The translations under genes and the position numbers were made by a program. The notes below the pieces were generated by a model. It did no database searches and was not told the DNA's origin. It was given only the letters and a program-made list of their open reading frames with translations. Positions 46,921-61,048 of a DNA stretch of 64,000 nt are shown one piece after another (the stretch's first letter is position 1; every line of letters starts with the position of its first letter). The stretch covers positions 51,274,001-51,338,000 of the forward strand of contig CM060734.1 of assembly GCA_030704615.1 (NCBI GenBank). The letters are read 5' to 3'. Source of the DNA: Takakia lepidozioides (lineage: Eukaryota > Plantae > Bryophyta).

Positions 46921-49717
46921 TAACATCAGTTATTCTAGTTGTTTTTTTAATTTTCTATATGATTGTAAAGAAAATGCTTGCGTGTAATTTCCAAAGGGAT
47001 GTGTGCACTTACATATTTAATCTTTCACCAACTCCCTCCCCCCCTGGCCCGCCCCCGAAAAATTACATTTTTATGACCTAAAACTGACTTGGAGGTAAGA
47101 AAAGTGAAGTAGCAAAAAAATAATGGTGAAAAATAATGTGGACTCTTGCCGAAGAAAGTGTAACTTATGATGTCACTTGACCCCGATTGTCGATGGGAAG
47201 GTGTATACCTTTATGACATACAATACACTTATGTGGTTTTTGAACCCACAACTACTAGCAAAATGGTATTATGTCCCAACCACTGGGCTATCTATTAGTA
47301 TTGGTGTGATAATAGGGCCCATTGCCCTCAAGCAAGCTTACATGCTTGGTATAGAAAAAGTGGGCTTATCCACTTCCATTTTTTTTCATACGTCAAATGG
47401 GTGGCCGACCATCCCACCATGGCAAGAGATCTTGTCTCTCCAACAATCTTTTGTCTTGTGGTGTGGACCACAAGTGACCACACTTCTTCGTAAGAATGCT
47501 ACGGTTTTGGTATTTTTGCCTCTTAAGATGGTTGCGATCTTGAATTGTTGCTCTATAAAAGAATCTGATGAGGACAATGGTAAGGGGAACGGCTAGAGCT
47601 CGCTCGTACGGTTGTAGCACCAAAGCTTGACCGGTTATGGGTTTGTTTTTGCTGTTAGTGGTGCATTTCGATAGTCCACATGATTGGGCACATGGTGCCT
47701 GATGGTTATACTCCCAATTGACTCCATCGCTTTATCACATATGACATTGGTTGATTCTATTTGGTGATTACAAACGATAAGAATAGTCATGTTTTGTTGT
47801 TGCAATGACTGCCCCTCATCCAATTTTGAATGTTAGTGTAGACATAAGGTCTAATGATCTAACAAACACATTCTAGCCAGAATTTGATCTCACATTCTAG
47901 CCGGAATCTGATGATCTCATTGAAAAAAAATCACTCGCCCGGTAATGAGATTTGAAAAAATGGAGTGACTTTTATTACCAAATTAAATAATTATGTTTAA
48001 AAAACTTTAACAAATTGATGAGAAAAGAGGTTGCAGTTTGGTATATCACCAAATATCACAGTTATTTTGCAAGGACTATATGTATCATTTAAATAACTTG
48101 CATTTTGAATGTATATGAATTTGCCACACTCTCGACAACGTAGCCTTGTGCGCAAAATGCAACATAATTTTAGTTTGTGTCAAACATTTTACAAACAAAA
48201 CTCGGGATTTTTTTGCTGATTACAAGCCTTCTCACCTCTCACTCAAGCCAAAAAGAAAACACTCACCCAGAAAAATTGGTTGATCGCAATCGATATTGAG
48301 GTTGTAAAATGCTGTATCTGTTGCCTACTGAAGGACATAAAAGGGTGTCATGTGCAATTTCATATAGTCCTATATATGATGCCATAGTTCCTCTCCATGG
48401 TGCATCTCATATGTTTCCATTTTCTAAATAAATCTTAAAATTCAATTTTAGTTTGTATGCTGTAGTAATTGCCATGTTTTGATCTACTGTTGCTCTGACT
48501 CACCTCGTGGTGCACAAAAACTCTTGTAACAAAGAAAAAATGCTAGGATGAGCAATGATCATCAGTTGACGATTGGGAACACCTCTTTTGTTGTATACAT
48601 GGATTTGATACGTATGTATACAAATACAATAATCACATAAATCAAAGCTCTCCGTTGTCTCTCCCCTCACTACAAATGGGTCATCCAAGTTGTTTTGACA
48701 AATCAAAATATCTCAAGATCTCAATCATGTCACCTTGTTGTTTCTCAAAGATTGGAGGACGTTAAGCTTTAGAAGAGATTGGCAACCACTATGGTATTAT
48801 TGCCATCTGTGGGCGCAATAAATTTATTCATAGCTGCAGAAGATGTAGAATTTGGTCGTGTACATCCGTGTACACTACATGCAATGTATACGATCAAGTT
48901 TATCAATTGCTTTGCTGTAAAATACAGCCCAGTGCCAATTCTACTTGCAGAATGAGCAATTCCTGCTGACTCTGCGTGTAGAGTCAAGTTTATGCCACCT
49001 AATCAACCTTTAGAATGGCAGAATAGGCCCCTCAGTCCCTTGCAGAATCATTAGCTTTTCCTCTGCCATGACAGTCCCACCCTCTTGGCAAAAGCAAGCT
49101 CTCCTGTTATTTCCCACCATAAACATCCCGTAAACCAGGTGAGGTTCCCAAAGTAGTATGTTCCCAAAGACTGAAAATCACAAGCCTGCCCATACCAGTT
49201 TTGTTGGTTTTTCAGCATTTTAGAAGGGTTGAGAACCCGGCGAAGTGGTTCTTAGTTACGCCGGCTGGGTCTTCTCTCTCTCCCAAGAATAATGGTTTGA
49301 AAACTCGTCATGTGCAGCACCCAGAGCTGTTCCCCATATCAAAGTAACTTACCTTCCCTATGTTCTCCATTTTCGAGGCAGAGCTCTTGTGCCAAGATTC
49401 TCCTAGAGCCCAACAACACAACATGTGGACCAATCGGCAGGATTTCTTTTTCTCTTTTTCTGCTTGATTCTTCCCAATCAAGCCACACTCAAGCCCTCCA
49501 TCTGGAAAGGTCGTGGCTGCACTAGTGTGACGACCACATGCCAGCATTGCCGGAGATACTGGTAGTACGGTGGGGATGAGGGGGCGGCAACGGCCAGCTC
49601 ACGAAGAATTGACATACATACCCTCCTACCGACGTTTCATGTCTCTCAGTATCCGTTATCTGAAGAAGGAGCCGGTGGATGCAGCGCAGAGAAAAGCAGA
49701 CTTTCATTTTTTCTTCA

Positions 49718-49909
49718 CAGTTAGAAAGGGACAAACCGGGGGCCCACTTTGGGCCCGCTATTTTTTCTCACAGGAATTGTCCAAGTTCCAAGCAATTATG
49801 TGACAAGATGATTCAGTTAGAAAGGTACAAAACCGGGGGCCCACTTTGGGCCCGCTATTTTTTCTCCAGGAATTGTCCAAGTTCCAAGCAATTATGTGAC
49901 AAGATGATT
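49718..49909. repeat. Near-perfect 96 bp tandem duplication
   Basis: 49718-49813 and 49814-49909 (CAGTTAGAAAGG...GTGACAAGATGATT). Confidence 0.95.
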
Positions 49910-51978
49910 GCATAACTGAGGAGGCACAAGTGACGCACTTGGTGGTTGTCAATCTGTGACCCCCCACGCTACAGCCATCTTATTGAAGTGGCACGCCTAT
50001 CCACCATTATTTCTTTCCTGCATAAAGCTCCAACATGAACAGCAGGATAGCACGATGTGTGTAATATGTACCAACATACTCTACAAGACAAAGCAGGAAC
50101 AAGCCTGTCCCATACTCCCCTTTTCTGCATTCAAACTATGCTTGATGAAACTGTCAAGCGCAAAGTATCCACACGAAAGCAACTCCAGGACCATTTCCTA
50201 CCTAAAAAGGTACCGACATGGCAGGTTCTACAAGCATCCATGCCCCACGTGATGATCTTTCTCGCCAAATGTTTCTCTGAGATTCAAGATGCTAGTTCGG
50301 CCCTACCAGCTCCAGAATGAGCTTGCCACCAGACCAGATGAGCTTTATCTGGTAAAGATATGGGATATCATATTCTCCTCAACAGATAATGGGGCATCTT
50401 GAAGCAGCAGGCAGCACTTGTGGAACGTGTTGCCAGCCAGTGGCAGTCTGTGGGCCCAACACTCCACACCCTCTCTCTCTCTCTCGCACCTCCGAGCAAA
50501 AGCGTCTGCAAACCTAACCTCATCCATCTCGTTGGTCGCGCTGGCCTTCATTGGATGAATGTATGGACGGCTGTTGGATGAGCCACGGGTGCTGCACTTT
50601 CTGTTGGGATCACGTTCCCCTTCGCACATCGCGTGCTGCTGTCGTCGATCCCTTTGTTCCCCATAAACACCGAGAGGTCTCGGGTTCAAATTCAGGTGCG
50701 TCTACCAAGTCTTTCCTCTGACTCTGTCAATTGGCGTTGGCAAAATGATGTGGAGCACGTAATGATGTGGCACTTCTCTTGCTAAGATTAGGTTCGTGAC
50801 TGGGCCCTCCGTTGGACGCTGACCGTGAAATCCGTTTTAATAACAATAATAATGAAAAGAAAAAAGAAAAAATAAGAGATCGGGCCACCTGTCATGCCCT
50901 ATACCGACGACCGTCCGGAAGCCTTACTTAGTGCCACCTGGAAATGCCGACGGGACTCTTCGGCCAGCAGGCAATGTGAGGCGGAGAAGCGGCACGTGCG
51001 GATTTGAACCCAGGACCACTGACCGTTGTGTGGCTTGGCAAGCCATATCCAGTCCTCGCCGAGTCCCGACGTCCAAGCGAAGGGATAGTAGACTTCCCGG
51101 AATTGCGGAGCAGAGGAATACACACGTGCGAAGGAGGCAGGTGATGGACTACATATTCGGACTAAATTTGCTGCGACGATTGGGGAGGCAGCTAAAATGT
51201 CTGGCTCGGCTGAGATGCCGATCAAACTTTCAGTTCTTGCGATTCATAGTGATAATTTGCGTGCAGCAGCGACTTGGAGGAAGCTTCACAGGCAGGATTT
51301 TGGATAAAGTGTGTTGCGTGTTTGCTGCACCGAGTTTTGGTAGAGCAGAATTTTGAGGCATTAGGCTAATCTGGTAGGCAAAGTGCAGATTATCAAGGTT
51401 TGTGGCTGTGCTTGGTCTGGCCTTTTGTAGTTTGTGCCTGAGTGCTTCATAATGGAGGCAACCTCGTGCCCTGTTTTAAACCCCAGCCTTCTCTCAGAAG
51501 TCTAGTTCCTTTCCTGAGGCTGTTGTGTGCCTTGCCTTATTTGTTTTTGCAAGTTTCTCGTACGAAGATGCAAGAGTAAATATCAAAGTTGTGTACCTCA
51601 TCACAGGGAATGAGCGTACGGAAATTTTTGGTGAAGTCTCTTGCGAGTACTGCTCTTCGCGCTCTGTCCCTCTGTTGAACGATTTTTTGGTGTCTTTGAA
51701 CAGGGTGCCTTTTTGGTAGGAGCATCAGCCCTGTTCTACTTCCGCTTTGAGGCTCGACGAAATGTCCGTGGAGTGGCTTTGTCGTTGATCGAAACAGTGT
51801 AGGCGCAATCTGTTTCCCGAGCCCTCGATTCTCCATTACAAATCTCGGTTGGAGCTACTTTTAAGGCACAGCCGAAGTCCTGGTAGTTGATCGGCCGATC
51901 TCTTGATTCAACCTCCATATCAAACTCGTCGCAGTGGTTTTGTTGGAGGCTGATTGGTTTGGCTAAAAAGCTGTCAAA

Positions 51979-52900
51979 ATGTTGGAAGGGAAGGCAGTGA
52001 TCGGAGAAACAGACATGCCGCAGAAGATGCAGACACACGCAATGCGCTGTGCTTCGGAGGCACTGGACTTGCACGATGTCACCGATTGCAAAGATATTGC
52101 GTGCTACATCAAGAAGGTTTGCTTTCTCTTTCTCCTTTTGAACTTTATCAGTCTCCCTCGTGATGTCTTTGCCTGCGACACAGGGTTTTGTTTCTCTCTC
52201 TCTCTTCTTTCCCGCTTTTTCTTACATATCCTCCCTCATCCTTTCTCTGTACCGCGATGGATTTGTTCAACCTACACTTTTTTTCGTTGTAGAAACTGCA
52301 CTTACTGTTGGAGCAAGATAGCCTCTCCAAAAAAAATTCAATTCTTAGTTGCTTAGATCACGCTGATTCAAAACTCGGTGCTCTTTTGAAATGTAAAAGT
52401 ATGCGTGTATTTGTATATTACAGTTCTCTCTGCAAGTGCTTCCCTGTATTCCTCCCTGATGTCAAGTGCCTATCTATCTCCTTGGGGTAGGCGTTCTACA
52501 CAGTTTCTGTCTGTCTCGGGTCAGATCTACATTTGTCGGGACGATCTGTGTGGCAGGGAGCTCTGGCCGCTTGTCTTCTGCTTAGGCAACGTCCTTCCTT
52601 TCTCCCTTCCAAATTCTGTTCATTCTGTTCACCAGGAGTGCCATGCACTACAATTTTCAATGGGATTTGAGGGTGCCAGAAACTAATGTCTACCAATCAC
52701 AGTATTGTGATAAGGAATTCTTATCGTCACAAGTCTGATTGTTGTTGTCTGTGGAGCAGGAATTTGATAAGTCATACGGGCCAGGATGGCAATGTGTAGC
52801 TGGCATGAGCTTTGGCTCCTACGTAACACACTCTTCTGGTTCCTTCATTCACTTTTGTTTGGGAAGAATGGCAGTGATGCTATTCCGTGGCGCCTCATAG
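51979..52900 (+). CDS. DLC: Dynein light chain LC8-type protein, 92 aa. Exons 51979-52116, 52760-52900
   Basis: MLEGKAVIGETDMPQKMQ...DCKDIACYIKK|EFDKSYGPGWQCVAGMSFGSYVTHSSGSFIHFCLGRMAVMLFRGAS*; one phase-0 GT-AG intron. Confidence 0.96.
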
Positions 52901-55335
52901 CAGGTCTTGAGTGAGAAGTTTATGTGCCTGGTATGGAGGGAAAGAATTATCTGTTTATTCAAGTCAGCAGGCCACATGAACACATGCTGGTATTTCTGTA
53001 GAAATGGCTTAGGCGACATGGAGCAGAGTTTGTTGCTTTTGTTGGAGCAGAGTTGCTTTCTATATAACCTGCAGCCCTGGCCTTCCCCTGCCATAGAGTG
53101 GTCAAATGAGAGAGGGGTCTGTACATTATGCGATAAGTTCCTTGCATGTGAACGTGTTAATCTGAAAGTGCTCTGGGCTAGGCATCTCTTCCCCATTCAA
53201 TGTGGAAGGTATGTTTGTAAATTTGAAGCCCTGTTTCTTGAATTTGAAGGCTTTTGCTGTATTCGGTTAAAATGCACACTGTGGAGGATCTTGCCTCCTC
53301 TTGGACTTTCTTGAACAGTTGATCTGGTTGTGCATTGGAAATAAAAAGCCACCCTTTCCATGGGTGTGAGCATATGGCCACAGCTGTATCTCTGTCATAT
53401 GCTACTTTCTGAAATGCAGGTTCAGAAACTTTGTACTCAAAACAGGTACCAAAAACTGATGCTGTTATTCTCATGCTGTTAAAAGGTGGGGAGGGAGAGA
53501 GAGAAAAGAAAGGGAATGCCTGAGGTCAACAAATTTGATCCAGGAATTTTTCGTTATATTTTATGGGAGGTATTGCCAGGCAGAATGTTCCCACCCAGAC
53601 ATCACATTGTGGAACTGTCATCAAACCTGCAGGCTCTAGCACTGTAACCAGCTGCGTTGGTATCCACAGCCTCAAGAAAATCTCTGAACCCCTTGGGCAA
53701 ACCCCTAGCGTGCTCACAGCACCTCTCATCCTCCTTGCGACAGATAAGATACTAGAGTGAGAAAAGGCCTTCTCATCTTGAGGTCTCCAGTTTGTGATGT
53801 TCCAGTCTCTGGAGATGCCCCATGAACCCCATCTACTCCAGGTAATCCAGATGAATCAATTTGTGGATTCTCATGCTTCTGACTAATTCACAAAACCTGG
53901 TCCCAGCAAGTGAACATATGTACTTACTCGCAGGCCTGCATGCAACTCTGTATCGAGTTTCCACCGCATGCTTCTTGGAAACTTTCAATAGCGTTCTCTG
54001 TCAATAGCTTTACTGCCGTTTCCAATTCTCTCTGCAGGTGCTGTTCCGTGATTCTTGTCTACTTTTCTCGGGATTCGTTGGCCCAGCACCAAGTCATGAT
54101 TCTAGCGAGGTGATTGGCGAAAGCGTATCGAGGAAGAAAGGTCTGGTGTATAATCTAACCTAGTAATTAAGGGAAAGCTCGGCACTGTGCAGTCCTGGTG
54201 CCGTGTAATATGGGATGTGGTCGAGTGATGCAATAGTGTCAGAAAGCTCGAGAGCTGAAGGTCACCAGATCGCTTTGCAGTTCAACGAGTCCACCATTTT
54301 CTTTGCACGACGTTAGACGTCAACGATTGTGCGAGGGAAGCAGGTCTGCTCTGCACGTAACATTGTCTAATGTCACGTTCTTCTAAAGAGGGAGAGATTA
54401 GGGGCCCATGCTCATCGTAAGAATTCCACCGCTTAATCCATGATTGAGCAGTTCATCTGCAGCTTCAGATAACCGGAGTGGCAGAATCTGTACGCTGAGC
54501 AGAAGTCGGCGGTTGATCCGTGTGTGGGTCCACATTATCGGCCATCAAGCCCGACCAGCTGCTTATTAAAGGCCAAAACTGCGTGAGGACTGTATCTTTT
54601 AGTCTATGATTGTATGGAGACCTGATTCTCCGCCCTCTCAGATCTCTGCTCCAGTAACACTACAGTGGCTTCTGGCAGGGGACACCCTAAGAGAAGCAGG
54701 TGATGATTGGATCAGGGTTCCCAGGAACAAGGTTGGTGAGACAGTGTGGGATGGTACAGCTTCACGTCACTGAGTGCGGAGTCGGTCAGTGCACGATAGC
54801 ACCTGGGCGACGGAACGCAGGTCTATTATCAGGGCTCGCAGAAGTGCTGATTGCGAAACCGATAAGAAGGCAGTAGGCCCTCAGGAATTCCAGCTGTCCT
54901 CGAACAATTTGAGTGAGGTAATGAGCTGGCAAGAGGGGATTCAACCCTTGCAAAGTGAGCAAGGATCGTGTTTACGTGACAGACGCTTCACATACGGTGG
55001 ACAGGAATGACCTTGCTCGACAAGCTCGTGGAGGTGTACTGTCAAGGAGACATGCTATGAAAGCCCTAAACGGAGGAGCCGTACTGGTGAGCTGCCATTG
55101 TGGGTTCCACATCGCGTACATCAGGATTGCGCCTCTGTCCTGTCTCCAAATGCATTCTAATATCAACACTCCTTGGAGCTGGTACAACGTTGGTCGGTTG
55201 TGCCCGTTTGCTGAATGAAATGGCTCAGTCGTGGAGCTGGCACGAGTAGTTTAAAGGTTGCTCAACGGTCATCCCCCATCGACGACAAAAGCCCCCACAA
55301 GGTTTCGGAGGGTGACTCAGAGCACATTGAATATC

Positions 55336-56275
55336 ATGGCTTGGAGGATGGCAGGAGCTTTGAGACGATTGGTATGGATAGCCGTGCTAGTGCACTTCGG
55401 ATGCACTTTCACCATAGCTGCACTACCATTGCGTGGTTTCCTGCTCACCGACTTCACAGGTACTGTGATTTCAGCTGCGTTTCTCAGATGTATGGTCGCA
55501 GCTCTTTGAATACTCCTCTGACTTTCTATATGTCACGCATCGTAGTTTAAAGTTGCATTTCGATGGATGCAACTGTAGTCGAAGCTTATTCTGAAGTCCA
55601 TTTGGTGGACATCTCTAGATTGGCAAGCTGAGGAGCTTCCGAGGACTCTTGAAGTTCTACCAAATAATTTGCTGGTAAGTTGGGACTTGGGGCAACGACC
55701 TTATGCTGGGTTGTGAAGGTCGTCGATGTGTCTATTCAGACTTCCAAGCCGAGCTACATATTAATCCAGTGTTTCGGGTTCTCTCACCTGACTGCCATAC
55801 CAGTCGAGGCACGTTGAAAATACACCATTTGCAGTAAGGCTCCTTGATATTAGTGTGAAGAGCGTTGGAGCTTTGCTTTCATCGGATGAGTTGCTTCCAT
55901 CGAGCTACATATGGAGCTCATAGTTCTTGGATCTTCCCTGTCACTCTATCACACCTTCAGGCTCATGCTTGCGACTTGCTTAATGGCTGTACAACATGTA
56001 TATGAGCTTTCTGATAACGTCTCATATCAATGCAGGACCAGTATACCTCGACACTTCAACGTCGGCAACTTCAAATCCGTCAACACGCTTATCCTGCATA
56101 CGACTTACGACGCAAAGTTCCCATTGGTCGTCCGTCCGCCCCACTTCCACCTCATAGGCACAAGCAACAACCTCCTCCTCCATTTATCGCTACTCCTCCT
56201 CTATTTATTCCCACTCCGCCAATGCACCATCATCATCATCACTATCCATGCCCGCCACCTCCTCCGAGATGTTAA
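55336..56275 (+). CDS. Putative small secreted Pro-rich peptide precursor, 139 aa. Exons 55336-55459, 55619-55674, 56036-56275
   Basis: Exon 1 encodes a signal-peptide-like MAWRMAGALRRLVWIAVLVHFGCTFTIAA. The junctions CAG/GTACTG, TAG/AT, CTG/GTAAGT and CAG/GAC give one open frame of 420 nt. Exon 3 has RRQL and a Pro/His-rich tail. Confidence 0.6.
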
Positions 56276-57486
56276 TCCGATGTTCCTTGAGCGCTCTATC
56301 GGGCTCGAATGATCATCAAGCTTATAAATGTGAGGCTACTTTCGGAGATTCATCTTTGTTCGGGGGTTCACAGCTCTCTCAGACTGATGTAGAGGAACTC
56401 GAGCCTCGGAGATGTGACGGATGATGTAGGATCCTTGCTCCACCAGTCCACTGCTTAGGTGTAGAGTAGACTGGCTATGTACATACTTTTGATTGTCAGC
56501 TGCGCACTAGGAAGGAGATGTCCTCAAGTGGGTCCCGTCCCAACTCGATCATAATCATCTTACTAAATTTGTAACGATGATGATAAGCGCAATCTTATCA
56601 GAGTTTTACCCTTTAAAGATGCGAGTCTTGTGGGGCTGCTGGCCCACCCGCAGGTAGTTGACAGTCTCTTGTAAACGTGGTATGCTCGCACTGTTGATAC
56701 TAACTTAAGTACAGAGTAACTAACTAGTCTCAAGAAGGTACCGGACTATCTTTCCCACATATTCTGTTGGTTGTGGTCAAATGAAAAATCCAGGGAAGCA
56801 TATCTGATCCGCAAAAAATCAACAGATTCCAAAACAAACAGAAATTTCCTCACATCGTACTCCACCCACACACTTAATTTCCAGATTCGATAGAGCAAGA
56901 TAGAGCTTAAAGGCTTTTGCTGCCCATTCTTCACTCTCCTTAGTACATCAGGTCTAAGTATAGTACATTAGGGAAGCTTAAGATTGATAAACCCTGTCAA
57001 TGAGATGAATAGCGATTTTACGAGAAGTTCTAGAGACAAGCAGCGTGTATGCTTAGATGGCAAGGCATTCCAGGCTCCTTGATGCCAGTGACGCCAAGTC
57101 CCTGCCTGCCAACACAAGATCTCTAGTCGCTCCTGCAGCCGGAGAATTTTTCCCAAGTTAGAAAACGGGGAAGTGGTATTTGCATATGATCAGTGTAGAG
57201 ATGTGGAGGTCTGGAGCGTTACAGCATTGCGGAATTGTCTGCAATCTGTGATACGCATCCCTGCGCAAGATGCTCGGGGACTGAATTCTTGAAAGCAGAA
57301 CAGACCTGATTCCCAACCTTGCGACACAGCTCAAGTTATAATTTGTGCACTAAGATCCAAATCAACCTTGGACACTGAGATCCAAATCAACCTTGGACAC
57401 AAGCTGCTGCTGCACTCGTGACTTGATCACCTGACCCCAATTTTGTCAATCTTCGGACTGAAAAATCTGTGGATTGCAAAAGCTGA

Positions 57487-59566
57487 TCACCTCAATTCAA
57501 ACTTGAATGTGGCGCAGGCCCCAAGATAGAACTTGCGTCCAGGTCGATAACCAGTCCCACGTCGGTTGCAATAACCAGGGAAGTTAAGGGGGTCGAACTT
57601 CGTGGGTTCTCCCTTGAGCATGAGCCCACTCTTGCCAGCTTCTTCCACTAGTTTCCACTCCTCATAGGGACCCCCTCGCTTGTGGGTCACATGGACCTCC
57701 CCCCCAGGGAGCAACATCTGCCCAGCATACTCAAAGAAGACGCTCACAAGCGCCCTATGCTTCCTGTGTGGAAAAGTGGCCAGCGAACTGTATATTAGAA
57801 TCAGCTTTGACATCTTTGAATTAACTAACAAGTTGATTAATGTAGAGGATGAATTCACCTCTGGAAGGCCACTGCACACCTCAATATTCCTCCCGGTCCC
57901 AAGATGATGATCCCTCACTCTTGTTACAGACGATGCTTTGAACTCTTTACCGTAAAATTTCCATCTCAACTCCCAACAACTACCATGTTTCTGTGTGCAG
58001 GATTGATGCACTCCACAAAGGAGGCCATGACTCAGAGCGATTCGTAGAAAGAGAGAGGGAAGAAGCACTGGAATTGCTAGACATCTCTGCAGGAGGTAAC
58101 CTGAAGGTACGTGAGCGACTAATAAACTCGAAAGCAGGAAGTCTCTAGGGCTTTCTGACGTTCTACAGAACGTATTCGAACGTAAGTCCTGGGGTACGTA
58201 CTAAAAACGCGGTCTTCAGATTCAAAGTTACGTATGCTATGACACTGCAAGCCACTGTCAGCTGCACAAGGAGCTTGTCTGCAGGGTGAGGCACTAGGCA
58301 AAAAAGGTGAATACAGAAAAGCGAACTAGCCTTCAAAAAAGAGAGAGAATGTGTCAGAGCTCTCGAGAAATCAATTCGGAGAGACCGAGCTCCCTCTGAG
58401 CTCTTGACATCGTATGTGCATTGTGTACAGTGGTAATCGCCTGTATTTTGACGGAACGGAAACCGGAGGGGAAGATTTACTATAAACTGAAAGAAAGACG
58501 AAAAAGATCGAAGCGTCCGGGACTTGGGATACAGTAGAACGAAACAGTAAAGCAGAGTTCTAAACCAAGAACGAACGAACAAAATCCCAAAACGTTGCAC
58601 GAACGCGGAGTGCATTATCATTGTTAACTCAAAAGGGAGGTCACGTGAATCATGTTGTAGAATATGTACACATATCAGCAGAGGAAAGACCTGTACGTGT
58701 ACTTTGAAAGACGCATCGCAAGTATAGCAGATTCTACAGCGTGACGAGTAGAGATGGAAGACTTCGTAACATACAAAAAAAAATCACATCTAGATTAAGT
58801 CCGACACAGGTAAGAACTGTAAGGAAGAGACTCTGAAGATCACAAGACGATAAAAGATAGCTGAATTCATACTGGATCACAGATTTTTGGTTTTCTGGTC
58901 CCCAATATCCAGCGTGCGGAAAATTGTAGACGATTCGGTCAAAGAAGCTGGCCGGCCTGCCACCAACGACACTCTTGCCTACCGTAGCCATGTTTCGGAC
59001 ATCCACTCCATGGACGACCAGGGCCCCTCGATTTTTGAGATTCCGCAGAAACGGTGTAGCCCCCCCTGCATACTTCTGGAAGAGTTCATCTGCAACAGAA
59101 CTAAGCTCCGGACAATTTAACATGACGACTTTTGGAGCTAAAATTTTCATGAAGCACACTTGCAGCTCAATTTGAGCATTGAGTCAGAGAAAAGTAGACC
59201 TCTTACTCACGTAATATGCTGATTAGACTCTAGAGAGCTGTATCTGCACTGCAACAATACCAAAAGGGATTCAAGAAAGAAAGAAAGTTCTTCATTCATT
59301 TAGATCTTAATCGCAAATGTGTCTACACGTGCATGCATACAATGTCAAGTACCTCGAGAATCAAGAGATGTGGCGATCATCTTGTCAGCATTCCCAAATG
59401 CCGTAGCAAGAGCAGAGGAAAACGAGAAATCTCCCTCCCCCACAAGCAAGATCCTGTGCGTATTTTCATATTGGGCAATCCGCGGCGCTCTTACTACTAA
59501 TTTTTCCACATCATCAACTTGCTCGTGAAGCTCTCGTTGCTTAGATTTTCGCGACACCGCTGCCAT
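57487..59566 (-). CDS. DUF2431 / BMT5-like rRNA uridine-N3 methyltransferase domain protein, 235 aa. Exons 59566-59353, 59089-58873, 57763-57487
   Basis: RILLVGEGDFSFSSAL...ATSLDS; VHGVDV; FDRIVYNFPHAG; HRALVSVFF...GEVHVTHK.GGPYEEW; FPGY.NRRG. In-phase GT-AG introns. Confidence 0.92.
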
Positions 59567-61048
59567 TTCACTTGAATCTCAGCCTCCAAAGAGAGATATG
59601 TCTTCAGGAAACTCCCTAAAAGACTAGACTGAGCCCCTTCGGTTTCTAATCCTTTGCCTGCACGAGGCCTGCACAGACCAATGTAAACTCAGAATCGACG
59701 GCCAGTCGATGACTAGTCAGAGCTCTGGTTCTGAATTACAAGGACAGCTCTGATTATCGCAATGAGCTTGCTGCAGTAGCTGATCGCATCACAACTCCAA
59801 TTTCCAATCAGCATTACAAACCCACTTTTCCGATAGCGGTTGGAGGATCGTCCAGAAGCTGGGTTTTGAGAGGGCATTGAGAGTCAGAAGAGATTCTGAT
59901 GGGGATTGACTCACCCTGGCAGGATTTGGAACTTAATGGGGAACTATCTTACCATCGTACTGGCAATTGCTCTTTGGAACATCGAAGTCTCTGATCTGCG
60001 CACCAACTTCCACAACGACTCGTCTACCTACTGGGCCAATACACGAAGCACAGTGCAATCTCACTGCCAAGGGGTTGCCATAAAATTGAATTCGAACCTT
60101 CACTCCACAGATTACAAACTCATTCCTGAATCAGAGCAAACCGCAGTACCACGGTCCGGATTTGATGTTTTTCCGGCGCCAGCAGTTACAGTTCGCTTTA
60201 ACACGTACCTCGCTCTTAATGATATAACCGAGAGGATTCATGTTCTTTCACACACACTCGCAGATGCTTTTCTTAGTACCGTCCGTGCATCCAACTTTTC
60301 CCCGCTTGCAGTGTTCTTCTTCACGCCTTCAATTCGGTTTTTGCGTGCATTTCAATAGACTGTGTATCAATTTGCTGATAGTCCTAACTGAAACTCAATA
60401 GCTGATGGAAACTGATATTGTGGTTGAGGCAGTGGCTTATGCTTCATGTACCTACACCATTCTTGTCTTGAGGGGCGAGGAGCCATGATCCATCAATGAG
60501 CAAGAAAGATAAGCAGGATTTGGCCACTAACCCTCCTAGGAATTGACTCCCAGATTGTCAAAACTGAGTGGACCTGATTGCAAATGCACTTCCATCTGCA
60601 CTGACCTATCTTCAGTGAGTGGAAATCTCACATTTAGAAAACTTTTTTAAACGCGGAGTGTGGAACTGCCGTCTTCCAGGGGATTGCCAAGGCTGAGACC
60701 TATAGCTAAGATTTGCCACAAGGCTATGTGGTAATGACAAGGCCACAACATGTCTCTTGCAAAGCATCACAGGACTGGGTACAGCTCCTCTTTATTTTGA
60801 TTTTCGTCTCCAGTAATATTGGAGGAATCAGAAGCAGGGTCCGAAATATGGTCTATATCTAGGAGAGCCTACTTCTGTTGGATCAATACCAGATCACAGA
60901 CTTTTACGGGAAGCTATAAGAAAATTATCTAGCGCCTCACATGCATATGAGCTCGGTACATCAACTTTAACAAATCAAATCCATTGAAATATGCATGGAA
61001 AGGTTTACGTCAGAATGAACTCCTCCAAATCAACAAGATGTTGAACAT

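Noticed and set aside
46205-47081. Several overlapping 100-155 aa ORFs on both strands
   Set aside because: Caused by GC-rich repeats lacking stop codons; no domain motifs.
48400-50700. Possible minus-strand spliced transcript divergent from the DLC promoter
   Set aside because: A few donor-like sites exist, but no coherent reading frame or conserved miRNA sequence was found.
59906-60358. 150 aa plus-strand ORF between the DUF2431 and 4CL-like genes
   Set aside because: Non-ATG start, no recognisable motif, and located in the upstream region of the minus-strand gene.
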